From positions 67,518,001 to 67,582,000 of the forward strand of contig NC_043008.1 of the NCBI RefSeq assembly GCF_006345805.1: DNA of 64,000 nt. The letters are read 5' to 3'. The notes under the pieces are model-generated. The model had not been told where the DNA came from. It made no database searches and saw only the letters and a program-made list of their open reading frames with translations. Positions 1-12,787 of the stretch are shown piece by piece (positions within the stretch are counted from its first letter, which is position 1; the number at the start of each line of letters is the position of its first letter). Source of the stretch: Octopus sinensis. Its lineage: Eukaryota. Both the position numbers and the translations under genes were made by a program.

Positions 1-800
1 CCTCAAGAGACAACAGGTTGGAAGTTATGTGCCATATATTTGGGTTTTTTTTTGGTGTTGTACTAGTGAATGTCTAATACATAAAACTAAAATTAAAAAA
101 TAAAAAAAAATAATAATTAAATAAAAAAAAGTTTGTTTTAAACCTTGGGATTACATAGAGAGTATTTTGCGTAGGATATGAGCAGTTCCCATGAGCACTA
201 TCTTTTGAATTTCTGCCATTTTGGGGTTCCTGGTATCTGAGTTAGGTAGCAATCACTCCCTTTCGCTATCATTCCCAGGGCACCTATGACAACAGGTATT
301 GTTTTAGTCTTCAGGTTCCACATTTTGCTGATTTCTATGTCAAGATCTTTATATTTGCTCAGTTTTTGGTAGGTCTTGACAGATACGTTTATATCGATTG
401 GGACAGTCATATCAATGAGGAGGCATGTTCTTTGTCTGAAGTCTTTCAACATGATGTCTGGCCTGTTTGCATCTATCTTTCTGTCAGTTTGAATGGTGAA
501 GTTCCAGAGAAGTGAGATGTGGTCATTTTCAAGCACTGGAGGTGGATTGTGTTCCCACCAGTTTTTTTCATGGGGCAAATCCAGGTTTTTGCAAATTACC
601 CAGTGAATATATTGTGCAGCTCTATCATGCCTGTTGAGGTACTCTGTAGGCGCTAGAAGACTGCATTTGGAGACAACATGATCAATGGTTTCATTTTGTT
701 GTCGGCATACACGACATGTTGGGCTACTGCCGTTCTTTAATATGTTGGCCTGGTAGTTTCTTGTTGGTAGGCATTGATCTTGAGCTGCTATGATAAACCC

Positions 801-801
<1 letters not shown>
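1..801 (-). mobile_element. R4/Dong-clade non-LTR retrotransposon, 5'-truncated 3' fragment (zinc knuckle + REL endonuclease), copy 1; runs off the window start
   Basis: ORF 198-578 contains WNFTIQTDRKIDANRPDIM...IDMTVP...KLSKYKDL...PVVIGALG, the RPD..E/D..K restriction-like endonuclease signature. The upstream part reads FIIAAQDQ. Bounded by (TTA)n at 802-897. Confidence 0.9.
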
Positions 802-845
<44 letters not shown>

Positions 846-897
846 TATTATATTATTATTATATTATTATTATTTTATTATTATTATTATTATTCTA

Positions 898-1751
898 TGT
901 TTGACTTTTGCTTTATGTCTGTACAAGTTGGATCCAAGTCTCACCCAGAGACCTCAAGAGACAACAGGTTGGAAGTTATGTGCCATATATTTGGGTTTTT
1001 TTTTGGTGTTGTACTAGTGAATGTCTAATACATAAAACTAAAATTAAAAAATAAAAAAAAATAATAATTAAATAAAAAAAAGTTTGTTTTAAACCTTGGG
1101 ATTACATAGAGAGTATTTTGCGTAGGATATGAGCAGTTCCCATGAGCACTATCTTTTGAATTTCTGCCATTTTGGGGTTTCCTGGTATCTGAGTTAGGTA
1201 GCAATCACTCCCTTTCGCTATCATTCCCAGGGCACCTATGACAACAGGTATTGTTTTAGTCTTCAGGTTCCACATTTTGCTGATTTCTATGTCAAGATCT
1301 TTATATTTGCTCAGTTTTTGGTAGGTCTTGACAGATACGTTATATCGATTGGGACAGTCATATCAATGAGGAGGCATGTTCTTTGTCTGAAGTCTTTCAA
1401 CATGATGTCTGGCCTGTTTGCATCTATCTTTCTGTCAGTTTGAATGGTGAAGTTCCAGAGAAGTGAGATGTGGTCATTTTCAAGCACTGGAGGTGGATTG
1501 TGTTCCCACCAGTTTTTTTCATGGGGCAAATCCAGGTTTTTGCAAATTACCCAGTGAATATATTGTGCAGCTCTATCATGCCTGTTGAGGTACTCTGTAG
1601 GCGCTAGAAGACTGCATTTGGAGACAACATGATCAATGGTTTCATTTTGTTGTCGGCATACACGACATGTTGGGCTACTGCCGTTCTTTAATATGTTGGC
1701 CTGGTAGTTTCTTGTTGGTAGGCATTGATCTTGAGCTGCTATGATAAACCC

Positions 1752-1752
<1 letters not shown>
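898..1752 (-). mobile_element. R4/Dong-clade fragment, copy 2 (tandem duplicate of copy 1, period 951 bp), with (TAA)n on both sides
   Basis: Sequence from 952 repeats sequence from position 1 almost exactly. ORF 1311-1529 is the same REL domain with a 1-nt frameshift. (TTA)n at 802-897 and 1753-1822. Confidence 0.9.
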
Positions 1753-1822
<70 letters not shown>

Positions 1823-2024
1823 GCTTTATCGCATTATATTGGGAAAGAACACTTAGCGAGCGGAAATAAGAAGTGAACAATATGACCTAGATAAATTGAA
1901 TAAGCTATGATTCATTCCACTCGCTATAAAATAAGATTGCGAAAGCAAAATGCGAATTATATTACAATTTGGAACAAGAATTTAAATGACTTCAGTTCTG
2001 CTGGGTCTGTGGTCTGCTGTTTCG

Positions 2025-2243
2025 TGCGCTGGCAGAAACGTTAGCACGCCGGGCGAAATGCGTAGCCGTATTTCGTCAGCCGTTACGTTCCGAGTTCAAA
2101 TTCCGCCGAGGTCAACTTTGCCTTTCATCCTTTCGGGGTCGATTAAATAAGTACCAGTCACGCACTGGGGTCGATATAATCGACATAATCCGTTTGTCTG
2201 TCCCCTCTTTGTTTAGCCCCTTGTGGGTAGTAAAGAAACAGGT
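2025..2243 (+). mobile_element. tRNA-headed SINE, family A
   Basis: Head CTGGCAGAAACGTTAGCACG...GAGTTCAAATTCC (B-box), body GCCTTTCATCCTTTCGGGGTCGAT..AAGTACCAG. The same family recurs at least six times in the window. Confidence 0.85.
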
Positions 2244-2999
2244 AACGATGAAGACAGAAGGCTGGTTGAAGAAAGCTGTGAGACAGGCTGGATTTCTGGT
2301 TCATCGAAGCGGGTCCAAAGAGACGTGGTGTGCTTGGTCAATGGCTGCTGTCAAAGACAAAGAGGCAGAATACAATGTTTTTTATTACGTTTGGTAGGCT
2401 CCAGAGACAAAGTGGTCTTTTTTCCGCGTTGAAAACAAACTGTTGCAAACATGCGATTAGTAGCCGACCAATACATGAATCTAGATTCGCAAGCCACTGG
2501 ATTATGTGACTCAATGGAAATAATGTACAACGAAAGTGCAAAAACATTTGCATAAAGTTATACACAAACAAATGAATACATGTCAAAAACTGATGAAATC
2601 AGAAGAAATGAAACAAATATACAAAGGTTGTAAGAATACATATTTAGATAATTCATATAGACTTAATTGGTGTGAATATTAGCTTCTTTCAAGGATGTCG
2701 AAGTGAAGAACGTCAATTGTGAGTAGAAAGAATCAGAGGGCAATAAATTGTGGTCGTGTTCAAATAAAGCAATTTATTTCACAGAATTTAGAAACTCTGA
2801 ATAAATGTGCGTGACAGAAAACTTTTAATGTGTACAAGCATTATATTTTAGACTTCCAGTCTGACAAATTAAAATTGGAAGACATGATTATATTCACTTA
2901 TATCTAGCAAGAGCTCGATATAAACTCCAAAGTATGGACGCTAGTACTGCTGAAGAGACCAAAGTCAACAAACAGGATAAATCGATATAATAAAACTCA

Positions 3000-3407
3000 A
3001 GCTGGAAAGTGGCGAAGCTATAAAGGAAGTCGGAGAGGAGGGATATGAGTACCTGGGTATCATTGAAAGAGATGAACCAACACAAGATGAAAGTAATGTA
3101 GTAATGTACAGGGAAGGGTATTTGAGGAGAACCCGGCTTGTGCTCCAATCGAAGCTAAATGGCCACTATAAGATTAAAGCAATTAACACGCAGGCGGTTG
3201 CTTTGATGAGATATGGGGCAAGAACAGTATCTTGGAAGAAGAATGAATTACAAGAGATAGACCGGAGAACACGTAAATTAAAGACAATGAACAAGGAACT
3301 ACACCCCAAGAGTAATGTGTCAAGATTGTATGTAAAGAGGAAAGGAGGACGGGGATTGGTGTGTTGTGAAGGTTGTGTAAGGGAAGAGGAGAATAGCCTG
3401 GCTTGGA
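3000..3407 (+). mobile_element. Internal R4/Dong RT-thumb fragment flanked by a 25-bp direct repeat
   Basis: Translation YLRRTRLVLQSKLNG..KIKAINT.AV.LMRYGA..W...EL..IDRRTRKL.TM...LHPKS.V.RLYV.RKGGRGL is R4/Dong-like. GGATAAATCGATATAATAAAACTCA occurs at 2975-2999 and 3408-3432. Confidence 0.85.
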
Positions 3408-3762
3408 GGATAAATCGATATAATAAAACTCATAGCTGCTTACAACGCGAATGCCAAGTGAAAAATTGGGCACAAAGAGTTAGAGTTGCTCAGGATAACT
3501 TCTGAGCAACATAATGACCAGGAAAGCAAACATGTTACTTTCCATTTTCTAAAAGGGGCTGACAAAATGAGAAGCTTCAAACGATGTGGTTCACAGTTAA
3601 ACGTACTAACAGCAGCTGAATCAATTTTCTGTTTGAAGGCGCGTTCTACCCTTCGGTTGAAGTTATTGTTTGAACCTGCACAACGCCAACCCTACCTGGT
3701 TAGTGCCTGTCCAAACAAATAACTTGTGCTCCAGTAAAAAAAATTCTCGTGTTTTACTGCTC

Positions 3763-3973
3763 TTTTTTACTCTTGTACTTGTTTCAGTCATTTGACTGCG
3801 GCCATGCTGGAGCACCGCCTTTAATCGAGCAACTCGACCTGGGACTTATTCTTTTGTAAGCCCAGTACTTATTCTATCGGTCTCTTTTGCTGAACCGCTA
3901 AGTAACGGGGACATAAACACACCAGCATCGGTTGTCAAGCAATGCTAGGGGGACAAACACACAAACACACACA

Positions 3974-4012
<39 letters not shown>

Positions 4013-4171
4013 GACGGGATTCTTTCAGTTTCCGTCTACCAAATCCACTCACAAGGCTTTGGTCGGCCTGGGGCTATAGTAGAAGACACTTGCCCAAAGT
4101 GCCACGCAGTGGGACTGAACCCGGAACCATGTGGTTGGTAAACAAGGTACTTACCACACAGCCATTCCTGC
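3763..4171 (-). mobile_element. tRNA-headed SINE, family B (internal CA/TA tract)
   Basis: On the - strand the head has A-box-like TGGCTGTGTGGT and B-box GGTTCAGTCCC, followed by ACTTTGGGCAAGTGTCTT. Multiple near-identical copies elsewhere in the window. Confidence 0.85.
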
Positions 4172-4654
4172 GCTCACGTACATTCATAGGCCCTAATCTA
4201 TTCATGTACATTTTTATAGTGAATTTTCTGTATATTTGTAAAATTGTCTCAACGTCCCACACATCCTTGCATCGAATTTATCCCCACCTGCGTTATAGAA
4301 ATTTGAACATTGTTTTTGCACCTTTTTATATCTTTCTGAATAGCATCATATTACTGACTATTGCATACTTCCTGCATACATCGTTTTTGCTTTAAAATAA
4401 AACGCCTTATGCTAGTAAATCTACAAATATGCGTGCGCATGAGTGTGTTATTAATACATCTCTGGCATAACAATCTGTTGAAATTTTCGGTCTGATCGGT
4501 CATATTTTTTTACGGCTGCAGCATGAACACTGAGTTGATTTTGTTCGTCATTTTCGTAAATTGTTTGGACTATTTACCCATTGTTTTTAAAGAAACATCC
4601 TTGGGTAAGTACATTTCAATCACTTTATATAAACACACGCACAAATACGTCAGT

Positions 4655-4770
4655 ATGTGTGTGTGAGTGTGCATCCTGTGTGTTTGTGTGTGTGTGTGTG
4701 TGGATGTGTGTGTGCCACAGAAATCAGGAAACCGTCCCTATGAGTCTATATGATTCGGGAAGGATCACTG

Positions 4771-4861
<91 letters not shown>

Positions 4862-4879
4862 CTATCTATCTATCTATCA

Positions 4880-4970
<91 letters not shown>

Positions 4971-5192
4971 CTGACATTAAGAGGCTAGTGTAAAGGGGTG
5001 GGGCGTTCAAAAGATTTATAGCTCTAGGGCGGTTAGTGAGATTGTTAGGGCTGGTAGAAGAAAAGAACCATATAGTCAGAATGTGTGTGTGAGTGTGCAT
5101 CCTGTGTGTTTGTGTGTGTGTGTGGATGTGTGTGTGCCACAGAAATCAGGAAACCGTCCCTATGAGTCTATATGATTCGGGAAGGATCACTG

Positions 5193-5251
<59 letters not shown>

Positions 5252-5384
5252 GTCTATCTATCTATCTATCGATCTGTCTGTGTGTCTGTCTGTCTGTCTG
5301 TCTGTCTGCCTGCCTGCCTGCTTGCCTGCCTGCCTGCCTGCCTGTCTGTCTACCTATCTATTTCTCTCTCTCTCTGTCTCTTGG

Positions 5385-5420
<36 letters not shown>
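4655..5420. repeat. Locally duplicated ~120-bp segment (4655-4780 / 5085-5200), each followed by (TCTA)n, plus (TCTG)n/(CCTG)n/(GT)n microsatellites
   Basis: GTGTGCCACAGAAATCAGGAAACCGTCCCTATGAGTCTATATGATTCGGGAAGGATCACTG occurs twice. Confidence 0.9.
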
Positions 5421-5422
<2 letters not shown>

Positions 5423-7299
5423 ATATATAGCCTCTCTCATATCCTCCGCCTTTTTGATCAACTATTTCGCGTTATCGAGTTTAATAACTGGTGCAAGAAA
5501 AATGTCAATCTTCAGGCACACAATCTATTTATCTCTTCTTTCGCTTTCTCTCTCTCCCTCCCCCCTTCTCTCTCTCTCTTTCTCTTTGACACACACACAT
5601 ACATACATACATACACACACCAGACAATCTATCTACAAGTCAGATACATGGAGTTTCTTTCTTATGAATATCGCTCTTTATTTTTACTTTTATTTTCCTT
5701 TCTTTTGTCTTTTTGCGTCGTTAGGCGTGGCGATGTTCAGAAGGCGATCTTACGGTTCTAGTACCGATTACGTCAATCAAAATGGACCACGTCTTTTTGT
5801 CTATGTATGATGGTCGATTTCCGTAAAAACACTTTTTTTTTACATTTATCTTTTTACATTTATTTTTTTACATTTATTTTTTTACATATGGGGTTGGCGG
5901 GAAATGGGATCTTTTTAAGTTATGAAAGCGAAAGAGACTAAGAGAGAGAGAGCGATTGTCTGCCATGTGGAATGTAATTGGTGTGTGTCCATTGAGTCGG
6001 TGACATGGCAGACAATGTACTGCAACCCGATGCACAGATCCACGAGGGAAACAGTTGCCATACATAAATGCAACACTTAGGACAGCTACCCAACCAAGAA
6101 AACTAACCTTTTCTCACTTTTCAGCATAGACTTTTCACACAGGACATTACCAATCAGGTTTTGTCACTTTTCGTTACACATTTTGTACTGTTCATTCCTT
6201 TTGCTGCACAACACAATGTTTACACATGCATATATGCATGTTTGCACCCAGTTTCTGTGCACATCTATAGACTCTTAACTTTTTTTCCCCTTTGCATGCA
6301 ACTCTTTTCTCATGAGAAAGATATCTCCTCCTCTCTTACCATTTCACCATCGTCACATCAACAGACATTACTCTATCAGTCCCTTGCATGATGCCATAAT
6401 GGTGAAAACAGGACAAGTAGAAATTTAAGGCTGCACAGTAGCAGTCGAGAAGGCATATATAACGGTTAAATAAAAAAAATATTGTCTATAATTTCGACCA
6501 CTGTCATTATTCCCTTGAGTCAACCTCATTATTTTCTACATAGCAGACCGTTACATAAACAGGCAAAGGTAATCTTTCGTTTTAACTCGAAATAATGTAA
6601 ACACTGAACAGGCCATACATACATACATACATACATACATACAACATACATACATACATACATACATACATACATACAACATACATACATACACACATAC
6701 ATACATACACACACATACATACATACATACATACATACACACACACATACATGCATACATACATACACACACACACACGCACACACGCACGCACGCACTA
6801 CAAAAAGTGAATAAAAAATTTCAGTTATCTCTCTCTTTCACACATACACACACAACAGCAACATTACTCTGTCTCTGTATAAGTTTGAATCCATCAGTCA
6901 GAGGTGACCCGGCTTCAAAACTTGATAACGTATGCATATTACGAGGTATTTCTAATAACTATTTTTCAATACACGTACAATTAATCTATTAAAATACATT
7001 GACCTATTAAAATGACTTATCAAAATACATAGTCCTTAGGTCCTCCCAACAGTTAACCTACTCAAATTTATTCACTCTTTCCGAATAGCACGAGAGGTCC
7101 ATCATTACCATATTCTTCTTCTACTACTACTACTACTACTACTGGTCCCGCAGCCACTATCAGCAACACCCCATCCCTCCCACCACCACCACCACCACTG
7201 TTACTACTACTGCCGCCGCAGCCGCCACCACTACTACCATATAATCTCAGATATGACTCATCCCCCTCCCATGAACTTGTAGTCCAAGAAGGCCACGTG

Positions 7300-7735
7300 A
7301 AAGGATACTGAGACAGATATTTTAAATTGGGTTAACAAAAAATGAAGTTTCAGTAAGAAGAGTTAATCAAAATCTGTTTAAAGCATTCCCCATATAATAA
7401 ACACCTATTCTCGTAAGAACTTGATTCTACGAGATAGACGAAAACTAAAACAACTAAAAATCAAACTCTCCCAACAGATGAAATGCGGAAAAGAAAAAGA
7501 CAAAAGGAAAATATACATCATTAAAATGGACCTAAAAATATTAAACTGGACCTAAAATATAAAAGAGACACTTCGCTAAAGGAACACCGAGCAGTGGAGA
7601 ATATCAAGAACCCCAAGTTCTTTTTCGACTTTGCTAAACACAACCAGATTAGTCCTTTAATGGACCAAAATGAATTAGGTCCTCCCAACAAATATATGAA
7701 CTCTTGAGTCAACAATATAACTGCATTTTCCCAAC
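7300..7735 (+). mobile_element. Decayed CR1/L2-like LINE, part upstream of the Helitron insertions
   Basis: Translation ENIKNPKFFFDFAK resembles the APE-RT linker of CR1/L2 elements. It continues at about 9483. Confidence 0.55.
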
Positions 7736-7738
7736 CTA

Positions 7739-8260
7739 TCTATTATATAAAATCCGTTTGTGAGTGTGTCTTCTCGGATCTCGGGCATCCTCCATCCGAT
7801 TGCACTCAAATTTGATATGTAGATACTGACGGTATCAGGGCGTGTATAAGTCTTGAAAAAAATTACAAAAATCGATTCCAGGTGGGAATGTGATCGATGA
7901 AGCCGTGGGAACGTGCATTTGTACGCGTAAGTACATCAGCTGTTGCGATGTACTTACTGGTATTTTAAACTCTTCGGTTGCATATTTGTGTGAATAAAAT
8001 CGTTTTTCTTTGGAATAGAAAAAAGTCTATCTTTATTTCTTCTTTTGCTGGTGTCTCAAATTTAGGCTATATCAGTGTTTCTCAAAGGGGAGGCCTATAG
8101 GACGGTCGGAAAAGTTGTTTTGAGAAAATTTGGTGTAAATGTTTGACGACTCAGCACCGTCCATTGGACGGGGGGCGTTTTGCTCGTAATTAATAAAATA
8201 ATACATAAGCCAAAGAAAATTTTTCTTCCCCAGAATTCAACTGCAGAGACACGTTTAGAA
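7739..8260 (+). mobile_element. Non-autonomous Helitron-like element, 5' portion
   Basis: Begins TCTATTATATAAAATCCGTTTGTGAGTGTG, the TC + AT-rich 5' end typical of Helitrons. No 3' hairpin-CTAG seen on this strand. Confidence 0.55.
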
Positions 8261-8265
8261 ATAAA

Positions 8266-9482
8266 CTAGTAGTATAGCCCGGCGTTGCTCGGGTTTGCTT
8301 TTTAGTTGCGCTTAAAACGGCGGACTTTGATGTCGCGTTAACAAAGTTTTGACACAGTTTCATTCTATGAATAAAAGTATAGTGTGGCGATGCTCGAGTT
8401 TGCTCTGAATGTGCTGCAAATGTGTAATACCGACTTCAATTGTTGGTATTGTTGGTTAATATTCCTTCTATTAATATTATGGAGAAAAAAATTACCCGTA
8501 GATTTAAAGCAAAATGAAGCTCAAGTTTCGAACTGCACTGAAAATCTATCAAGAAGTTAATAGTGCAGCAGTATTCATTAAGAAAAAGTACAGGAAAATC
8601 CAAAACTTTAGTAAGAACAGTTTGTAGTTACAAAAAAAAGGAGCAAAAAATTTTATTTTGAAGCCAAATAGGTGGGCAACATGAATCGTAGTTGTACCTG
8701 CAAAATGAATAAAATCGACTATTTTACATCACGTATAACTAAAAAAATCTGTAAAATCAAAACATACCCATTGAAGGTTTGACTTGAACATCGTAGATAG
8801 TAACAGCACACAGATCGCACAACTGCTACGACTGCCATACCCACAAATAAGAATTACTTAAACCGACAAAAAAAGAAACGCCGTTACCATTCCATCTTCT
8901 CATTCAAGTGAGAATGATGACGAGACATCGATTCTGTCTTACGCTAATTCAATTAGTTTTTCTCACAAAAAATCGATTGAAATTGCTGAATTGTACTCAA
9001 CGCTGTAGCAGTTGACGACCTTGAAAATTAGTGCATTCACGCAGCGAACATTACTCCTCTGCATTGGATCAGCTGATCCGTCGTTCCCTCAAAATCAATG
9101 ACATCACAAAAAAATTATTTTTGACCCTTTAGAATTGGAATTTTTGAAAAGTAAAAATTTTGCGTTATGTAGCTTGCTATTCTCTTTAAGTGAACATTTT
9201 TTTGGTTGAAATACACCGAAAAATGGCAACACAGTAGTCAAAAAATCGTAAAAAATAGGGATTTTCTTAGAAAAAAAGCACCTTTTTTATGTAAATAATT
9301 TTTGGTCTTAACATGGTCCGATTTGAATTTTTTCTTCAACGGAATGAAGACCAAGCATTCTTCTATCATACTCTCAATTTTGGTCAACTTGCGCCGCAGG
9401 GTCTCGGAGGAGATAGTGTTAATTGAAGGCTGTCAAACCTGTCACACACACACACACAGAACTTCAGCTTTATATATATTGA
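8266..9482 (-). mobile_element. Complete non-autonomous Helitron (~1.2 kb)
   Basis: On the - strand it starts A|TCAATATATATAAAGCTGAAGTT and ends with hairpin CCCG-AGCAACGC-CGGG followed by CTATACTACTAG|T. Inserted between A and T with no TSD. Confidence 0.8.
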
Positions 9483-10990
9483 TGATAATATGGAAGATGA
9501 TATACTTGCAAATATTAATGACAGCGATTCAAACTCGGCATTTAGATTAGGTGGTCCCCAAGCCATACTGTTAAAAACCGGCAAGACAGCCTCGCCAAAT
9601 CGTTTAAGATGCTTTTTCAAAAGTCGCTAGCTATCGGCATATTCCCAAAACTACTGAAAGATGCAATAGTAACGCCCATACACAAAGGATGTAGCAGGGT
9701 CGGAGCTAAAAATTACAAACCTGTTTCTATCATATCGCACACATTTGAAATTGTCGAACGCATTGTTCGAAAATGAATATTTACGTACCTTGAGGAAAAC
9801 AAACTCTTAGATGATACATCGCATAGTTTGCAAACTGGACGAAGTTGTTTGTCCCAACTATTATAGCACCATAGCACTTTCTTCAATATTCTCTTGAGAG
9901 GAATGGACATTGACATCGTATACCTTGATTTTGTTAAAATGTTTGACGAGATTGATCATGGAATCAACTGTCGTAGGATAAAGGCTCTTGGTGCCACAGG
10001 AAAACTCGGAGAATTACTCTTTGACTTCTTACGGGGAGAGGAATAAATCTGTTGCTGCAAACGGTTTTGTTAGCAAAGTCACCTGTAATAATTGGCATAC
10101 CTCAGTGCACGGTTCTAGGATCATTATTATTTATCATCAACGTATTAGGTGCTCACAAGTGCACTCGGCCACCTAACAATTTGCACCGATGACATAAAAA
10201 TATCGATGGCTAACAGAACTTCAGAGGATGCCGCCACACTCTAGAAGAGCTAAACTTCATTTCAGATAAAAACAATACGAAATTTAATGCATCAAAATTT
10301 GAGGCTCTTCATTAGGGTGGGAATACACACAAGCCACGTTGTTTGACACCCAGATAGCAGAATGATTCAGAGCGCTAATGGCATACGGGACTTAAAAATA
10401 ACCATGTCAAATGATGCATCTTTCATCAGGCATATCATCAAACTGATCTCTAAATGCAGACATCTCAAAGGATGGTTCCTTCGAATCTTTGTAAGAAGAG
10501 GACTGGTAGTTATGCTAACACTATGGAAAATCTTTCTTCTGAGTAAATTAGATTACTGCTCACGGCCTAGGTCTCCAAACTCAACCGATCTCATAGGAGA
10601 ATCTTCACCAGTAAAATAGTTACAAAGTAAAATAGTTACAGAGAATCACCAGTAAAACAGTTACAAAATATCTCACCAGTAAAATAATTTCGGTTAAAAA
10701 CCTTAAATACAAGGAACGTTCGAAAGCTGAAGAGAAATATTGTATGATATACGTGTGGAAAATCCCGGAGGGTCAAGTTACAAACTTCGGCACTAGAGTG
10801 ACTGTTAATCCATGAAATGGTAGACACTGTCAGCTTCCAAATATACCACCTTCTAAATGATGAGCAAAAACACTGTATTTAGAGGCCCTTAGTTATTCAA
10901 CTCACTGGCTAAAGAAATCAGAAATATAAAAAAGACCTCTATTGAAATATTAAATAAATTGAATAAACCCCTAATGACGATACCGGACCA
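9483..10990 (+). mobile_element. Decayed CR1/L2-like LINE reverse transcriptase
   Basis: Broken frames give AILLK, GIFPKLLKDAIVTPIHKG, NYKPVS, DIVYLDFVKMFDEIDHG, KIFLLSKLDYCS. Many stops and indels. Confidence 0.75.
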
Positions 10991-11009
10991 GCCAACCATT
11001 CAAGGATAC

Positions 11010-12149
11010 ATTCAGGAAAGATAAGCTGCGAAAGATATGGGTGTAAATGCAGATGAAATGATGGGCAAGGAAGAGTTTAACCAAAGAGCTGAGGAGAAGA
11101 GAAAAGAAGATCTTGAAATGAGAATGCACGGACAGTTTGAAAGGAATACACAAGATGTTAAGCATAATACAGCATCGTGGGTATGGCTTGAGCGAAGTGA
11201 TTAGAAGTGTACCACCGAAAGCTTGATCATTGCTGCACAAGATCAGGCTCTCGGTACCAGTTCAGTGAAGTATAACATCTATAAAACTTCTGACACGCAG
11301 AAATGCAGACTCTGTGGAAAGAGTGTGGAAAATGTGACCAACTTGGTAAGTGGATGTGAGAATCTTGCACAAAAAGAATACAAGCGCCGCCACGATAAAA
11401 TGTGTGTGTATCTTCATTGGCTCTTATGTTGTAAATACCAATATGAAGTAATTGAGAACTGGTATGAGCACATAACAAGTAAAGTTATGTAGGAGGATGG
11501 AAAAGTAACAAACAATGGGACTATGATTTTCAGACAGATCGTGTAATCGAGTACCGTAGGCCTGATATTGTCATATTGAATAAGTGATGTAGCCATTCTA
11601 AATGTCATGAATAATGTGAGTAAAGAGGTCGAAGAAATCACCAAGTAATCCGGACTGAAAGTAGAAATGGTAAGACTGTATGGAATGCGAGAGGGTAAGG
11701 CGGCGAGCTGGCAGAATCGTTAGCACGCCGGGCGAAATGCTTAGCGGTATTTCGTCTGCGTTACGTTGTGAGTTCAAATTCCGCCGAGGTCGACTTTGCC
11801 TTTCATCCTTTCGGGGTCGATAAATTAAGTACCAGTTGCCCACTGAGGTCGATGTAATCGACTTAATACCTATGTCTGTCCTTGTTTGTCCCCTCTGTAT
11901 TTAGCCCCTTGTGGGTAATAAAGAAATAGGTAATGTAAAAGCAATACCAGTGGTGATCGGAGCGTTGGGCCGAATCCCATTGAAAATTCAATACTTCTTA
12001 AGGCAACTGGAAATCCCTTGCAAGATTGATGTCTTGCAGAAAGCAGCCTTATTGGGCACAGTATAGTTCTTAAGGAAAGTGTTATCTTGTTGTGACTTGA
12101 TAGATGACTAAAAACTCCGGTGCATTTTTACCTACACTCTGTTACGAAG
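11010..12149 (+). mobile_element. Decayed R4/Dong 3' fragment (CCHC knuckle + REL), interrupted by a SINE, ending in a (TAA)n tail
   Basis: ORF 11223-11492 IIAAQDQAL...CRLCGKSVENVTNLVSGC..LAQKEYKRRHD; RPDIV; after the SINE, VKAIPVVIGALG; (AAT)n from 12150. Confidence 0.85.
11699..11930 (+). mobile_element. SINE family A, full length
   Basis: GGCGGCGAGCTGGCAGAATCGTTAGC...GAGTTCAAATTCC...GTGGGTAATAAAGAAATAGG. Confidence 0.85.
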
Positions 12150-12214
<65 letters not shown>

Positions 12215-12220
12215 GTGTTG

Positions 12221-12252
<32 letters not shown>

Positions 12253-12253
12253 G

Positions 12254-12330
<77 letters not shown>

Positions 12331-12740
12331 CCTTTCTACAGCAGGCAGAAGGCTGCAAATTTGTGGGGAGGGGACTAGTCGATTACATCAACCCAATTGC
12401 ATAACTGGTACTTATTTCATCGAGCCAGAAAAAATGGAAGGCAAAGTCAACCTCGGCGGAATTAGAACTCAGAACGTAGCCGCAGACGAAATACCTATTT
12501 CTTTACTACCAAGGGGCTAAACATACCAAGGGGCTAAACATAGAGGGGACAAACAAGGACAGATAAACGGATTAAGTCGATTACATCGACCCCTGTGCGT
12601 AACTGGTACTTAATTTATCGACCCGGAAGGATGAAAAGCAAAGTCGACCTCGGCGGAATTTGAACTCAGAACGTAACGGCAAACGAAATACGGCTACGCA
12701 TTTCGCCCGGCATGCTAACGTTTCTGACAACTCACCGCCT
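12331..12740 (-). mobile_element. Two adjacent family-A SINEs (12331-12492 variant tail; 12493-12740)
   Basis: Reverse complement of the family-A body, present twice. Confidence 0.8.
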
Positions 12741-12749
12741 TTTTTAATA

Positions 12750-12786
<37 letters not shown>

Positions 12787-12787
<1 letters not shown>

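Noticed and set aside
1996-2010. FCWVC peptide resembling an RBR/RING2 motif
   Set aside because: An in-frame stop lies just upstream, and there are no upstream cysteines or splice sites; probably chance.
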